Source: an uncultured Pseudomonadota bacterium (GTDB taxonomy: Bacteria; Pseudomonadota; Alphaproteobacteria; Rs-D84). Taken from it: a stretch of DNA of 64,000 bases. The notes beneath the pieces are model-generated. The model was not told the origin of the DNA, did not search any database, and saw nothing but the letters and a program-made list of their open reading frames with translations. Made by a program: the position numbers and the translations under genes. Shown here piece after piece: positions 19,690 to 29,807 of this stretch. Within the stretch, counting starts at the first letter, position 1; each line of letters starts with the position of its first letter. Location of the stretch: positions 14,383 to 78,382 of the forward strand of contig CADBDF010000005.1 in the NCBI GenBank assembly GCA_902793435.1. The letters are read 5' to 3'.

Positions 19690-20772
19690 ATGTCTGCACG
19701 TGCAAAAAGGCTTTTTAAAAAAATAATCAGTTATGCTGGGATTTTCTTTTTTATCTTGGCGGCTGGTATGTTGTGGTACCAATTACGTAATTACAGTTTC
19801 GGTGACATTTTAGATGCGATTTTTTCAATACCAAAACGTAATTTGATTGCGGCATGCGTGGCATGTTTTGCCGGATACTTGGCATTGGCTTTGTATGATT
19901 TTTTGGCGCTGAATTATGTGGGCGCAAATAATCGGGTTGCATGGTGGAAATGGATGCTGGCGGGGATGTTGGGATTTGCAATCAGTAATAATGCCGGTCA
20001 TGCGGTTGTATCTGGGGGTGCAATTCGTTATCGCCTTTATACGCGGTGGCGTGTGACGGGTGGCGATATATTAAAGATGCTAACATTTTCCGGATTTACA
20101 TATTTTTTGGGCTGTACAGCGATTGTAATTATTGGTTTCTTTTTGATTCCTCGCGATATTTTGAATCAATCGGCGGGTGTTGGTCTGGGGGCGTTATTTG
20201 TATTTTGTTTGGGTGTATTATTGGCATATTTCGGTATGACGGTGTTTTTTCACGACAAACAGATTAAAATAGGTCAAATTATATTTAAAATTCCACAAAC
20301 CAAAACCGCATTTTTACAAACCGTATTGGGTATAACGGACAGTGTTTTGGCGGGCATGGTATTATATTTTTGCCTAATTCCGTTTTGGCATATATCCTTT
20401 GGAACATACATTGGACTGTTCGTGATTGCACAAACAACCGGGGTATTCAGTCAGGTTCCCGGGGGCATAGGTGTTTTTGAAACGGTGTTTTTGCTTGCAT
20501 TGCCTGATGATGTGGATAAGGCGACCGTATTTGGTGCATTATTGGCATATCGTATAATTTATTATGTTCTGCCATTGATTGGTGTGGGGGGATTATTTGT
20601 GATTTATGAACGTTGGTTGCGTGCGCGTGTCCGTAAATGGCGTGCCATGGCGCACGAGCGCGGGGCAGAGGTTGTTGAGAAAATTAAAACTGTCACTCAT
20701 AATGTTGCGGATACAGTTGCACACACAATTCCGCACCACAAACACCATAAACATCGCAGACATAAAAAATAA
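19690..20772 (+). CDS. LPG-synthase-TM / UPF0104-like flippase-like membrane protein with His-rich tail
   Basis: Polytopic protein whose N-terminal pattern resembles the MprF TM-region family. ATG at 19690 follows a gggg RBS. The tail is HHKHHKHRRHKK. Confidence 0.6.
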   Translation: MSARAKRLFKKIISYAGIFFFILAAGMLWYQLRNYSFGDILDAIFSIPKRNLIAACVACFAGYLALALYDFLALNYVGANNRVAWWKWMLAGMLGFAISNNAGHAVVSGGAIRYRLYTRWRVTGGDILKMLTFSGFTYFLGCTAIVIIGFFLIPRDILNQSAGVGLGALFVFCLGVLLAYFGMTVFFHDKQIKIGQIIFKIPQTKTAFLQTVLGITDSVLAGMVLYFCLIPFWHISFGTYIGLFVIAQTTGVFSQVPGGIGVFETVFLLALPDDVDKATVFGALLAYRIIYYVLPLIGVGGLFVIYERWLRARVRKWRAMAHERGAEVVEKIKTVTHNVADTVAHTIPHHKHHKHRRHKK

Positions 20773-20834
20773 TTACACTTTTTCTTGATTTGTCAAAATT
20801 TTGTGTTATATTACCTTTGAACAGAGAGGTGAAA

Positions 20835-21803
20835 ATGACACAACAAGAATTTGATTCATTTGTTAAATTATTGATTGATTTGAACGGTGCAACGCCACCG
20901 GCATATTGGGATTTATTGAATTTGGCGCATAACAAATTAACAGATGAACGGGTGAATAATACAAAAAAATCTTTATCTTTGAATAATCTGGCTGACCGTA
21001 AATTAAATGAATTGGTTGTGAAATTTTATGAACACAAATCAAATGCAAATGTTAAAATTTATTTAAAAACGGTTCGTTTATTGTTGCCTATTATTGCGCG
21101 TCATGACCAATTTGATTCTCACAAAGAATTTGCGGAAATTCAATACTATAAACAGATTACAGAGTTTGTTCAATTTATTGGCGATTCAAAATTGCAATAC
21201 GACATTTTGACACGTGTAATTGATAAAATAGACGATAAATTTAAATTAGTTAAAAATTGGGACGTATTGTATCCAGATTGGCATTTAACATATTCTGTGG
21301 CGCGTGCATTACGCGGTGCAAACGATTTAGCAGAAATTCCAGAAAAATACATTGCCACCGATGAAATCACCAAAACGGGCGGCAGTAAAATCAAATCTGT
21401 TCGTCAAACACGTATGCAAGATTTGGGATATTATATGCAAATTGCTGATAAAATGCATGGGTTAGACAAAAACGAATTGAAATTTGATATTGCCACTGCT
21501 ATTGCAGAATTGGGTTGGGAACAAATGGCGGATATAGCACGTGTCCCACATGCACATTTTGGTCCAAACAATCAATTTGACCAAGATATTGCCGAAATAG
21601 GCAATAATGTTCGTAGAGGTGTTGCTGCCGCGGGTATGTCCCCACACATCGATGCATTATTGGATAAAGTTGTTTGGCCGTCATTTGCGACATCACATGT
21701 TAGACAACAAATTTTGGACAAACGGTTTAATCCAAATGAAATAGAAACAAAAAAACAAGCATTATTATCGGCAATGGCCAAACAAAACAATCAACCCAGA
21801 TAA
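20835..21803 (+). CDS. hypothetical protein
   Basis: ORF with an agagaggtg RBS before the ATG at 20835. No recognisable domain. Confidence 0.5.
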   Translation: MTQQEFDSFVKLLIDLNGATPPAYWDLLNLAHNKLTDERVNNTKKSLSLNNLADRKLNELVVKFYEHKSNANVKIYLKTVRLLLPIIARHDQFDSHKEFAEIQYYKQITEFVQFIGDSKLQYDILTRVIDKIDDKFKLVKNWDVLYPDWHLTYSVARALRGANDLAEIPEKYIATDEITKTGGSKIKSVRQTRMQDLGYYMQIADKMHGLDKNELKFDIATAIAELGWEQMADIARVPHAHFGPNNQFDQDIAEIGNNVRRGVAAAGMSPHIDALLDKVVWPSFATSHVRQQILDKRFNPNEIETKKQALLSAMAKQNNQPR

Positions 21804-21814
21804 TAATAAAAAAC

Positions 21815-21846
21815 ATAAAAAAGAGGCATTTGCCTCTTTTTTTTAT
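21815..21846. terminator. bidirectional terminator
   Basis: The sequence aaaaaagaggc attt gcctctttttttt lies between convergent genes. Confidence 0.55.
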
Positions 21847-23960
21847 TATGCCGCATAACGTTGTTGGTATTTGGTCAAGAAATCTGCGGTGACAGTTTCC
21901 GCTTTGGATTTTCCAGTCATAGCATTTTTTTTCAAGAATTTTTTACGCATTAAATCTGCGGCCAAAGTGAATTGATGTGATTTACCAAACGATTCCAGCA
22001 TATCCCAATACGCCATTAATTCCATATACTTATCTTTATGATTTTCATCCCAATGATCGACCTTGTCTTTTTCATCAACAACATATTCATAACGTTGGAT
22101 ATCCTTTGACAAATCCTCGAAATTTTTCTTGGCTGTATTAAACTCGCTTTGTGCTGTAATATATGCAGGATCAGTTGGCGGTATTCCTGCGGCAACAATT
22201 GCATTAAATGCGGCTTCTTTTGTTGCAAGAGTCGTTTCTCTTGCTGAAAGTTCGGTTTTTCGTGCGGCTAAATTCGCATCGTTAATAACCAATCCAGATT
22301 TTCCGCGACCACCAGCAAACATATCCAATCCAACCCGAGAATGAATTTGTGCCTGACGTTTATCACGTGCATTTATTGCAACAAATTTCTGATGCGCTTT
22401 TAGTGCTTCGCTACCAGCTCTAAATTTGCCACGCAATTTTGTATGATCGCGGAACCATTTATTACGAATTGCGGCAACACCATAACCGATTGTCAAAGCC
22501 CCGTATTTTAATGTTGTATCAAACACCTTGGTAAACATTTGTGGTGCTTCGTATTTGTTCCAAGATAAACCCTTGTCGGACAGCCCTGTCCAACTTTCTT
22601 TACTTAATGCATCAACGGTGCGACTGTGCATAATGCCGTATTTCATGGTTGATAAAATTTCCATTGCGGTTTTCGCTTTGGCAAAAGAATCACCTTCGCC
22701 ATCGCCTTTATCATTTAATGCATCGTAAATAATTTGTTCTACAATTGCCCGCATTTGTTTTGGGTTTTTAAATGCGCCTTTGAATGCATCGGGCATATTG
22801 GCGGAATAATCTTTTAAACGTTCAGAAAACCATTTAAAATGAGATTTTGCAGTATTGGATTTTGCACTTACTTTTTTAAGTATTTCTTCGCTGGCATCCA
22901 AAATACCCTGTAATCCATCGGTTGGTTTTAATTTTTTGCCGTCCTTGGTTTTTGCCTTGCTGCATGCTTCGATAATTGTTTTTGAATGATTGGTGAAAAA
23001 GCGACGCGTGCCACGCAATACATTGGTCCAAGGGTCAATATGATTTTCAGTAAATTTATCAATTTTTTCATTTACGCGTCCCAAAAAGTTTTTTTGGTCA
23101 GTATATTTTGGGGTAATATAATCGTCACTTTCTTTATTATTATAATCCGTGGCTTTGATACCTTCGGCAATTTTGCCACTGATAATATTATTACTATCAA
23201 ATTCAGCAAATTTATCGCGGATTTTTTTACTGTCCACCAATTGACGCAATAATACAGGCAGGGCAAATTGAAAACTTGAATTATATTGTGTTTTGAACCA
23301 ATCTTTGACATTTGTATTTGTGGTCGCATTTACACCACCAACCGTCACAGGTACTGTAATATCATATGCGGCCAATCCCGCCGGCCAGTATTCTATACCA
23401 TATACGCCACTTGAATAATCTTGGGCATAATCAATTAAATCCAACAAAGTACGACGTAATTTAGGATTGGTTTGATATTTTTTCGCACGTACATCATTTA
23501 CAAAATCAGTATAATCAAAATCATCTGGTACCAAATTGTATCGTTTAAAAATACGGGTCAGTTGATTTTCATATCCGGCATCTAAAACCTTGGTCACAAA
23601 ATCTTCAATTCGTGCATCAACACCCGCAACGGACTGTGGTTGATCGAAAACCTTACCCACACCATACCAATCATTAAAAAAATTCTTTACATCATTATTT
23701 TCTTTGAATTTTTTTTGATTTTGGGACATGTTTTCAAACACATCCTGGAACAAATCGTATATTTTGCGCAGTTTTGAAGAATCCAACGAGGGCAACGTCT
23801 TTCCATCCAGGTCGCGTTTCCAATATTTCATATTTCCAGAAAAATCATCGTTTTTCTTGAAATCGTTATAACGTGCACGAACCTCTGGCGGCATTTTATC
23901 AAAGTGATATTGCCGCGTAAATTCATAAATAAAATCTTTTACATTGTTAATCGTCGCCAT
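21846..23960 (-). CDS. large hypothetical protein (about 704 aa)
   Basis: Long ORF. The start was set at the ATG at 23960 (MATINNV), preceded by a ggaggta RBS. No recognised motif. Confidence 0.55.
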   Translation of the reverse strand: MATINNVKDFIYEFTRQYHFDKMPPEVRARYNDFKKNDDFSGNMKYWKRDLDGKTLPSLDSSKLRKIYDLFQDVFENMSQNQKKFKENNDVKNFFNDWYGVGKVFDQPQSVAGVDARIEDFVTKVLDAGYENQLTRIFKRYNLVPDDFDYTDFVNDVRAKKYQTNPKLRRTLLDLIDYAQDYSSGVYGIEYWPAGLAAYDITVPVTVGGVNATTNTNVKDWFKTQYNSSFQFALPVLLRQLVDSKKIRDKFAEFDSNNIISGKIAEGIKATDYNNKESDDYITPKYTDQKNFLGRVNEKIDKFTENHIDPWTNVLRGTRRFFTNHSKTIIEACSKAKTKDGKKLKPTDGLQGILDASEEILKKVSAKSNTAKSHFKWFSERLKDYSANMPDAFKGAFKNPKQMRAIVEQIIYDALNDKGDGEGDSFAKAKTAMEILSTMKYGIMHSRTVDALSKESWTGLSDKGLSWNKYEAPQMFTKVFDTTLKYGALTIGYGVAAIRNKWFRDHTKLRGKFRAGSEALKAHQKFVAINARDKRQAQIHSRVGLDMFAGGRGKSGLVINDANLAARKTELSARETTLATKEAAFNAIVAAGIPPTDPAYITAQSEFNTAKKNFEDLSKDIQRYEYVVDEKDKVDHWDENHKDKYMELMAYWDMLESFGKSHQFTLAADLMRKKFLKKNAMTGKSKAETVTADFLTKYQQRYAA

Positions 23961-24082
23961 TAATACCTCCTGATGTGACGATACACACCCATCCACATCA
24001 TACAATTATAGTGCAAAATGCCCATAAAATCAAGTCTGTCGCGATAGCACACAATGCTTTGAATCAATCATGTGTTTCAACA

Positions 24083-24110
24083 AAAACAAAAAAACGCCCA
24101 AATGGGCGTT
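24083..24110 (-). terminator. terminator after tRNA-Lys
   Basis: Stem acgccc / gggcgt followed by a U7 run on the minus strand. Confidence 0.55.
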
Positions 24111-24119
24111 ATTTATCTT

Positions 24120-24196
24120 TGGTGGAACCACAGGGATTCGAACCCTGGACCCACTGATTAAAAGTCAGTTGCTCTAGCCAGCTGAGCTATGGTTCC
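24120..24196 (-). tRNA. tRNA-Lys (anticodon TTT)
   Basis: Hand-folded 77-nt cloverleaf with anticodon loop CTTTTAA and an encoded CCA. Confidence 0.9.
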
Positions 24197-24286
24197 ATTG
24201 AAACTTTCAACAAGTTCGGGGCTAATTTTGACACAAAAAAATCCTAAATGCAAGAAAAAAAGTAAAAAATTAATATTGTTAAATTT

Positions 24287-25213
24287 TCACATGTTTTCTA
24301 ATCTTTTAATTCTTTCTTTGGTACTGGGGTGTGTTGAAAATAAATCGCCCATCAAAGATTTGCCTGGTTCGGCAATACACGCAATCGCCATAGATTTTGT
24401 ATCGCTTAACGATTTTACGGTTGCGTTACCACTAATTTTACGCAATGCGTCCGCCAAAGCACGTGGGTTGCGTGTAATTTGTGCGCCACATGCGTCGGCG
24501 GCAAATTCGCGTTTGCGTGATACGGCCAACTGCAACAAAGGCGAAACAACAACATTAAACACTGTAAATGCCAACCAGACCATCAATAATACCGCCCCGG
24601 TTCCTGCCTTGCCGTTTTCGTCACGATTGTTGTTTGATTGCAATGCAACACGCAATAAAATATCGGCGGCAAATACCGTCACACCAACCCCAGTAATCAA
24701 TAGCATGTCCAAACGAATATCGCGATTGCCAATATGTGACATTTCATGTGCAATCACACCTTGTAATTCATTATCGTCCAATTTGTTTATAATTCCACGT
24801 GTTAATGCCACCGATGCGTCATTGGGACTGCGTCCTGTGGCGAATGCATTTAATCCATTGTCTTCTATAATATATACGTGTGGTGTCGGTAATCCAGCCG
24901 CCAGTGCGACATTTTCAACCATGCGGAAAATTTTTTTGTTTTCAGGTGAGTCATCGTGAATTTCATGCGCCCCAGCACCCGACATCATCATAGAATCACC
25001 AAATGCCCACGATATAATCATCCATACCAAACATATAACAAATGTAGGGATTGCCACCTGGACGGTTGTATTTAATGCATCTTGGACCGGCATAATTATC
25101 CAACAAAATAAAAACACCAATGCGATAAAAGATATTGGAAACATTGCCACCAATATGGCTGTTTTTATATTGTTTTCACGAATATGGTCATATACAGTTT
25201 TTACTTTGTGCAT
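24287..25213 (-). CDS. htpX: protease HtpX (M48)
   Basis: HEMSHIGNRD zinc motif and 4 TM segments. The start was set at the ATG at 25213, preceded by an aaagga RBS. Confidence 0.9.
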   Translation of the reverse strand: MHKVKTVYDHIRENNIKTAILVAMFPISFIALVFLFCWIIMPVQDALNTTVQVAIPTFVICLVWMIISWAFGDSMMMSGAGAHEIHDDSPENKKIFRMVENVALAAGLPTPHVYIIEDNGLNAFATGRSPNDASVALTRGIINKLDDNELQGVIAHEMSHIGNRDIRLDMLLITGVGVTVFAADILLRVALQSNNNRDENGKAGTGAVLLMVWLAFTVFNVVVSPLLQLAVSRKREFAADACGAQITRNPRALADALRKISGNATVKSLSDTKSMAIACIAEPGKSLMGDLFSTHPSTKERIKRLENM

Positions 25214-25294
25214 GATTTTTCCTTTGTTGTCCGTATTATAATAAACGCACAATTACATTTCAACAAAGTTTAAAATATGATATAATTTAATACA

Positions 25295-26320
25295 ATGAAA
25301 ATAGCATGGTGGATTTTTATAGGCATAACTGTATCGGCAACATGTGCATTTGCAGAAAGTTTGCTGACACCAACCAGTTTTCCAAAAACTTTCAAAGATG
25401 TCGCATTTGCTGACCGGTTGGCTGTTTTGGCCGAAGGATATGGTGCATTTGACCGTCAATATGATGAAAATGGAAAGTGTATTTCTGGGTGCCCTTATGC
25501 GGGTTTGACAATCGAACGCGATAAAGAAAACACAGAACAGGCAAATGCGTATTTTGCAGATTTAATTGCAAATGCTGATACACCTGATACGACTGTGCCA
25601 GGCGATAAACCAATCGCACCAGATACACCAAATACACCTGGGACAAATTCAAATCCTGGGATTTTGCCATCAATACCAAATACAAAACCGCCACGTGTCA
25701 CACGTAATGCTTTGCCGTTGCGTTCGCCGTTGGGGGAAAATAAAAATATTATTATAACCAGTGATTTTGGGTTTCGTGAATACCAAGGTGGAAAATATTT
25801 TCACACTGGTATAGATATTGGTATTCCAAACGGCACACCGATTTATGCGACTGGCGATGGAACGGTCACGCGTGTCACCCAAGACAATACCAGTGGAAAA
25901 TATGTCGAAATTCAACATGTTGGTGGTATGAATTCGCAATATTTGCATTTAACGGCGCAAAATGTTAGTGTTGGCGATACTGTGCGTGCGGGTGACTTGG
26001 TGGGCACCAGTGGTTGTACAGGTAATTGTTATGGTCCGCATTTGCATTACCAAATTTATTGGAAAAATAATGGCGAAAGAGCCTTTGTTGATATTTTATG
26101 CCCCTGTGCCAGTTCTTATCGTCGTAATAAAAAGGCAGATTCTTATACCAATATTGGCACAACGCAATACACATGTAATCACAGTGCGTTAAATCATCAG
26201 TACTGTTTTGCCAGTGGTGAAAAAGAACATCGTGTTGATTGGCGTATAAAAAGCGGTCATTGTATGGACGGTTCTTCACGAACCCAGCGATTACCAGATG
26301 AAATTGCCAAATGTAAATAA
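25295..26320 (+). CDS. secreted M23 family metallopeptidase with Cys-rich C-terminal extension
   Basis: Signal peptide, Pro/Thr linker, HTGIDIG and GPHLHYQI motifs. Confidence 0.85.
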   Translation: MKIAWWIFIGITVSATCAFAESLLTPTSFPKTFKDVAFADRLAVLAEGYGAFDRQYDENGKCISGCPYAGLTIERDKENTEQANAYFADLIANADTPDTTVPGDKPIAPDTPNTPGTNSNPGILPSIPNTKPPRVTRNALPLRSPLGENKNIIITSDFGFREYQGGKYFHTGIDIGIPNGTPIYATGDGTVTRVTQDNTSGKYVEIQHVGGMNSQYLHLTAQNVSVGDTVRAGDLVGTSGCTGNCYGPHLHYQIYWKNNGERAFVDILCPCASSYRRNKKADSYTNIGTTQYTCNHSALNHQYCFASGEKEHRVDWRIKSGHCMDGSSRTQRLPDEIAKCK

Positions 26321-26677
26321 TTATTTCTTTTTGAATTTTATATCAAAACTACCATTATTAACAGGTTTGCAAAATACGATATGTGGCGATATTAAACTGT
26401 CGCGCACCCATTGTTGAAATTTGACCTTTAATATACCGCTGGCGCCGGTGATAACGGTTGCGCTGCGTGCCCCAGATTCAATTGCGCCCATTACCATGTC
26501 CCATGCTTCTTGTTCTGTATGTGTATGAAAATCGATAACAATGTGTTCGGGGGTGGGGCGGGTTTTAGGAATTCGTTTTGACAAATGCAGTTCGCGCCGA
26601 ACAGCACCATCATCGCCCGATGGTGAAAAATCTTGTCCTGCCATTTTTGCAATATCTGCATCTGTTAATTGTTTCAT
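26321..26677 (-). CDS. Smr domain protein
   Basis: DFHTHT...VITGASGILK Smr-like core. The ATG at 26677 is preferred over the TTG at 26689. Confidence 0.65.
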   Translation of the reverse strand: MKQLTDADIAKMAGQDFSPSGDDGAVRRELHLSKRIPKTRPTPEHIVIDFHTHTEQEAWDMVMGAIESGARSATVITGASGILKVKFQQWVRDSLISPHIVFCKPVNNGSFDIKFKKK

Positions 26678-26740
26678 CGCTAATTCCAATAAAAAAGCCC
26701 CACATAAAAATAACAGTGGGGCGAAATTTTCAAATTGTGT

Positions 26741-27187
26741 TTAGAAAGGAATTTCGTCGCCAGCCAAATCCCCCACAGAAATTTCTTCGTGTTTTTGCGG
26801 TTGTACGGAATCAGCCATTGCGCCATCCACAGCCTTGGCGCCAGACAAAATAACCATTTGACCACCAAACGGATTTAATGTCACTTCGGTTGTATATTGA
26901 TCTGTGCCTTGTTGGTTTTGCCATTTACGTGTGCGCAAAGAACCTTCGATATACAATTTTGTTCCTTTTTGCAACATGCGTTCAACGACATCAACCAAGT
27001 TTGGTTGGAAAACAACGACGCGGTGCCATTCGGTTTGTTCTTTTTGTTCCCCAGATGCTCTATCGCGCCAACGATCAGACGTTGCCAACGAAAAACTTGC
27101 AACCTTTTGACCATTATTCATTGTTCTAATTTGGGGTTCTTGACCAACATTGCCGACCAAAATAACTTTATTTATACTGCCTGCCAT
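26741..27187 (-). CDS. ssb: single-stranded DNA-binding protein
   Basis: OB-fold N-terminus ([11 protein letters not shown]), WHRV motif and an acidic tail ending in DEIPF. Confidence 0.95.
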   Translation of the reverse strand: MAGSINKVILVGNVGQEPQIRTMNNGQKVASFSLATSDRWRDRASGEQKEQTEWHRVVVFQPNLVDVVERMLQKGTKLYIEGSLRTRKWQNQQGTDQYTTEVTLNPFGGQMVILSGAKAVDGAMADSVQPQKHEEISVGDLAGDEIPF

Positions 27188-27316
27188 TTTTTCTTCCTTT
27201 TTGTTAATTTACATTATGATTGTAAGCACTTTTGTTGTCTTTTTGCAAGGATTTTGTTGCAATTCAATTTTTTTGTTATAGCCTGTTAAAATAACAACAT
27301 CACCAGGGAGGAGTTT

Positions 27317-28096
27317 ATGTATGTGTCACCAAAACCCAAAATAATATATTTGCAAGATTTGATAAATTCCCCAGAATTTCAAAATACAAATGCCGAAATG
27401 CCAATTATTTTTGGTTGTGATACCAATAAAAATATTGTGGTCCAAGATTTAACAACAATTCCTCATTTATTGATTGGTGGAAAAACTGGTTCTGGCAAGA
27501 CGATGTTTTTGCATACTGTATTATATTCACTGTCGGCAAAATTAACGCCAAAGCAATGCCGTTTTATAATATTTGATACAAAAAATTATGGTTATAAAAA
27601 TTGGAATACTGACAAACACATGTTTGTCCCTGTGATAACAAATACAGACCAAATTATACCGATGTTTAATAAAATACTGGAAATGATAGATTCCAGGTAT
27701 GAAACATTTACGGCGGCAAATGTTAATAATATTCGTGAATATAATGCGTTGGGCAATAATATGCCAATGATGGTTGTTATCATTGATGAATTTGCTGATT
27801 TTATGGGTATTGCCCCAAATGACACAACGAAATTTGTCCAAACGATTTGTGCCAAGGCGCGCGCCACCGGTATTCATTTGTTGGTTGCAACACAAATGCT
27901 GACATCGGACGTTTTGTCTAATGCGATATTGTCATGTTTTCCGGCGCGTGTTGCATTTAACACACGAACCACAGCGGAATCTGTCCAGTTATTAGGCGAA
28001 CCTGGGGCGCAAAGGCTGTTGCCTTTTGGCGATATATTGTATGCCGATGCGGGTCGTTATCCAATACAAATTCAAACCCCATATCCAGAAATATAA
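27317..28096 (+). CDS. stand-alone FtsK/SpoIIIE-type motor-domain ATPase
   Basis: Walker A GGKTGSGKT, Walker B VVIIDEFAD and LLVATQ motifs. At 259 aa it has no TM, linker or gamma domain. A strong gggaggag RBS precedes it. Confidence 0.8.
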   Translation: MYVSPKPKIIYLQDLINSPEFQNTNAEMPIIFGCDTNKNIVVQDLTTIPHLLIGGKTGSGKTMFLHTVLYSLSAKLTPKQCRFIIFDTKNYGYKNWNTDKHMFVPVITNTDQIIPMFNKILEMIDSRYETFTAANVNNIREYNALGNNMPMMVVIIDEFADFMGIAPNDTTKFVQTICAKARATGIHLLVATQMLTSDVLSNAILSCFPARVAFNTRTTAESVQLLGEPGAQRLLPFGDILYADAGRYPIQIQTPYPEI

Positions 28097-28281
28097 AACC
28101 GAAATATTATTTTTATTGATAAATTTGTCTTTATAAATGCGTTGCATCTATGAATTTGCCGATGTTTTTTTATTGGGTTTCGAATCGTCTTGACTTAAAA
28201 CGATAAAAGTTATAAAAATAGACGCGTTTTTTAAAATTTTATTAATATATTTAATAAATATAATATGTTGGGGGATTAACA

Positions 28282-28983
28282 ATGAAATTGATAAAGCAAG
28301 GCAAACTGGGATACAGTTTAACCAACACATCGGCAAATTTATCTGTTATTGGGGCTTTTCAAATTGTCGAAGACGCTATTACTGAAATGATGGGTGTTTT
28401 AAAATTAGATGGCGAAACATGCGTGCCAAAATATGATGCGATGTGGGTATTTGCTAAAAACAGAATTGAAATGCGTTCGCCATTACATTGGTTGGACGAA
28501 TATACTGTTGAATGTGCAATTACAAATGCGGGTGGTGTAAAGTTAATTGTTGATACATTAATAAAATGTCATGATAAAATTGCGGTTGCATCACGTGCCG
28601 AATTATGTGCGATTGATTGTCAAACTGGTCGTGTTCGTCGTGCAAATACGGCGGGGGTTGATGAAACATTGGAAATAGAAACACCTGAAATAGATATTGA
28701 ATTTCATAACGCGAATTTTGAACCCAATGAATTAGTGTATAGTGTTTGTATTGGGGCATCTGCGATTGATTTTTATCATCACACAAATAATATTGCGTAT
28801 GTGCAGTATGTTATAAATCAATTTAATGCTGAATATCCAATCAGTGCATTTGAAATAAGATATATAAATCAAACTTTCCAAGGAGATAAATTGGAATTAT
28901 ACAAATGCGATGATAATAAATTTACAATTCGCACAGGGGATAAAACGGTTGTAAATTGCATTGTAGAACAGGGCGCACAATAA
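28282..28983 (+). CDS. acyl-ACP thioesterase-like double hotdog protein
   Basis: Length and layout fit a double hotdog fold. IDFYHHTNNIAYVQYV resembles the FatA/B D..HVNN..Y motif. Confidence 0.5.
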   Translation: MKLIKQGKLGYSLTNTSANLSVIGAFQIVEDAITEMMGVLKLDGETCVPKYDAMWVFAKNRIEMRSPLHWLDEYTVECAITNAGGVKLIVDTLIKCHDKIAVASRAELCAIDCQTGRVRRANTAGVDETLEIETPEIDIEFHNANFEPNELVYSVCIGASAIDFYHHTNNIAYVQYVINQFNAEYPISAFEIRYINQTFQGDKLELYKCDDNKFTIRTGDKTVVNCIVEQGAQ

Positions 28984-29279
28984 AAAATATATTATTTACA
29001 TTTTGTGCATCTAATTTTTTTACAATCAAAGTATATGTTTCTGGGCCAGTATTTAATAATGCCACTGCGAATAGGGTAATGCAAATCTTTGGCTATTGAA
29101 TTATCCAGACGCAATATAACGGTAAATTGGATTATATAACCGGTTCCGGACGTAATTTTGATACAGATTTTGTAATGAATAATAATTTTGCCTTTGGTGG
29201 CATCAACACATCATTGATATTTAAAAAAGAGTAATAAAATAAACAGTCGCAAAGCATCATATTTGTTGAAAAATTGTTC

Positions 29280-29705
29280 TCATAAATGCGTAATTTCAAT
29301 ATCTGGTAATATTTCTGCAATATATTCTGCCGCTAATCGACGATGGCACTGTATGGCGGTCTTTTCTGTGCACAGCAAACATATTCTATCAAGTTTAGAT
29401 ATATTGCAATTCTGTAAAGGGGCGCGTTTTTGCAATAATTCGCGATACATTTTTTCGTATTCAGGCCATGTAATTTTTTTGTCTTTATACGATGCCAAAA
29501 TATCAACGGTTGGCGCAAATTCCGGATGGTATTCATAGCGATTGCCCAAAACGTTCGCTAAATTGTCGCCATTATAATACGGTACATAAGTACTGGTTCG
29601 CCATTGCCGAATATCCCACACGCAACTTATGCGTGCCGCGTTCAGCACATCCAGAAATGCTTCTGGGCTTTTACCACTAAAACCAATCGTGAATATCTTT
29701 GTCAT
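29280..29705 (-). CDS. DUF488 family protein
   Basis: TIGFSGKS...DIR...LLCTEK....CHRRLAAEY pattern. The start was set at the ATG at 29705. Confidence 0.7.
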   Translation of the reverse strand: MTKIFTIGFSGKSPEAFLDVLNAARISCVWDIRQWRTSTYVPYYNGDNLANVLGNRYEYHPEFAPTVDILASYKDKKITWPEYEKMYRELLQKRAPLQNCNISKLDRICLLCTEKTAIQCHRRLAAEYIAEILPDIEITHL

Positions 29706-29807
29706 ATCAGTATAAAAATAGCCCATTAAGCATTAAATAGCAAATATATAAAAATATGTTTACAAGAAATACTGTTTGTGTAATGTTTCTATGTAAGGGC
29801 TTTTAAT

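Noticed and set aside
24189-24959. A 256-aa plus-strand ORF. Similar long antisense ORFs include 6892..7440, 8081..8566, 16291..16854, 18370..18786, 34790..35254 and 62644..63954.
   Set aside because: Each lies antisense to a gene with strong motif support (htpX, rseP, cdsA, M48, recG, int, ligA). They have low-complexity or Cys/His/Arg-rich composition typical of shadow ORFs.
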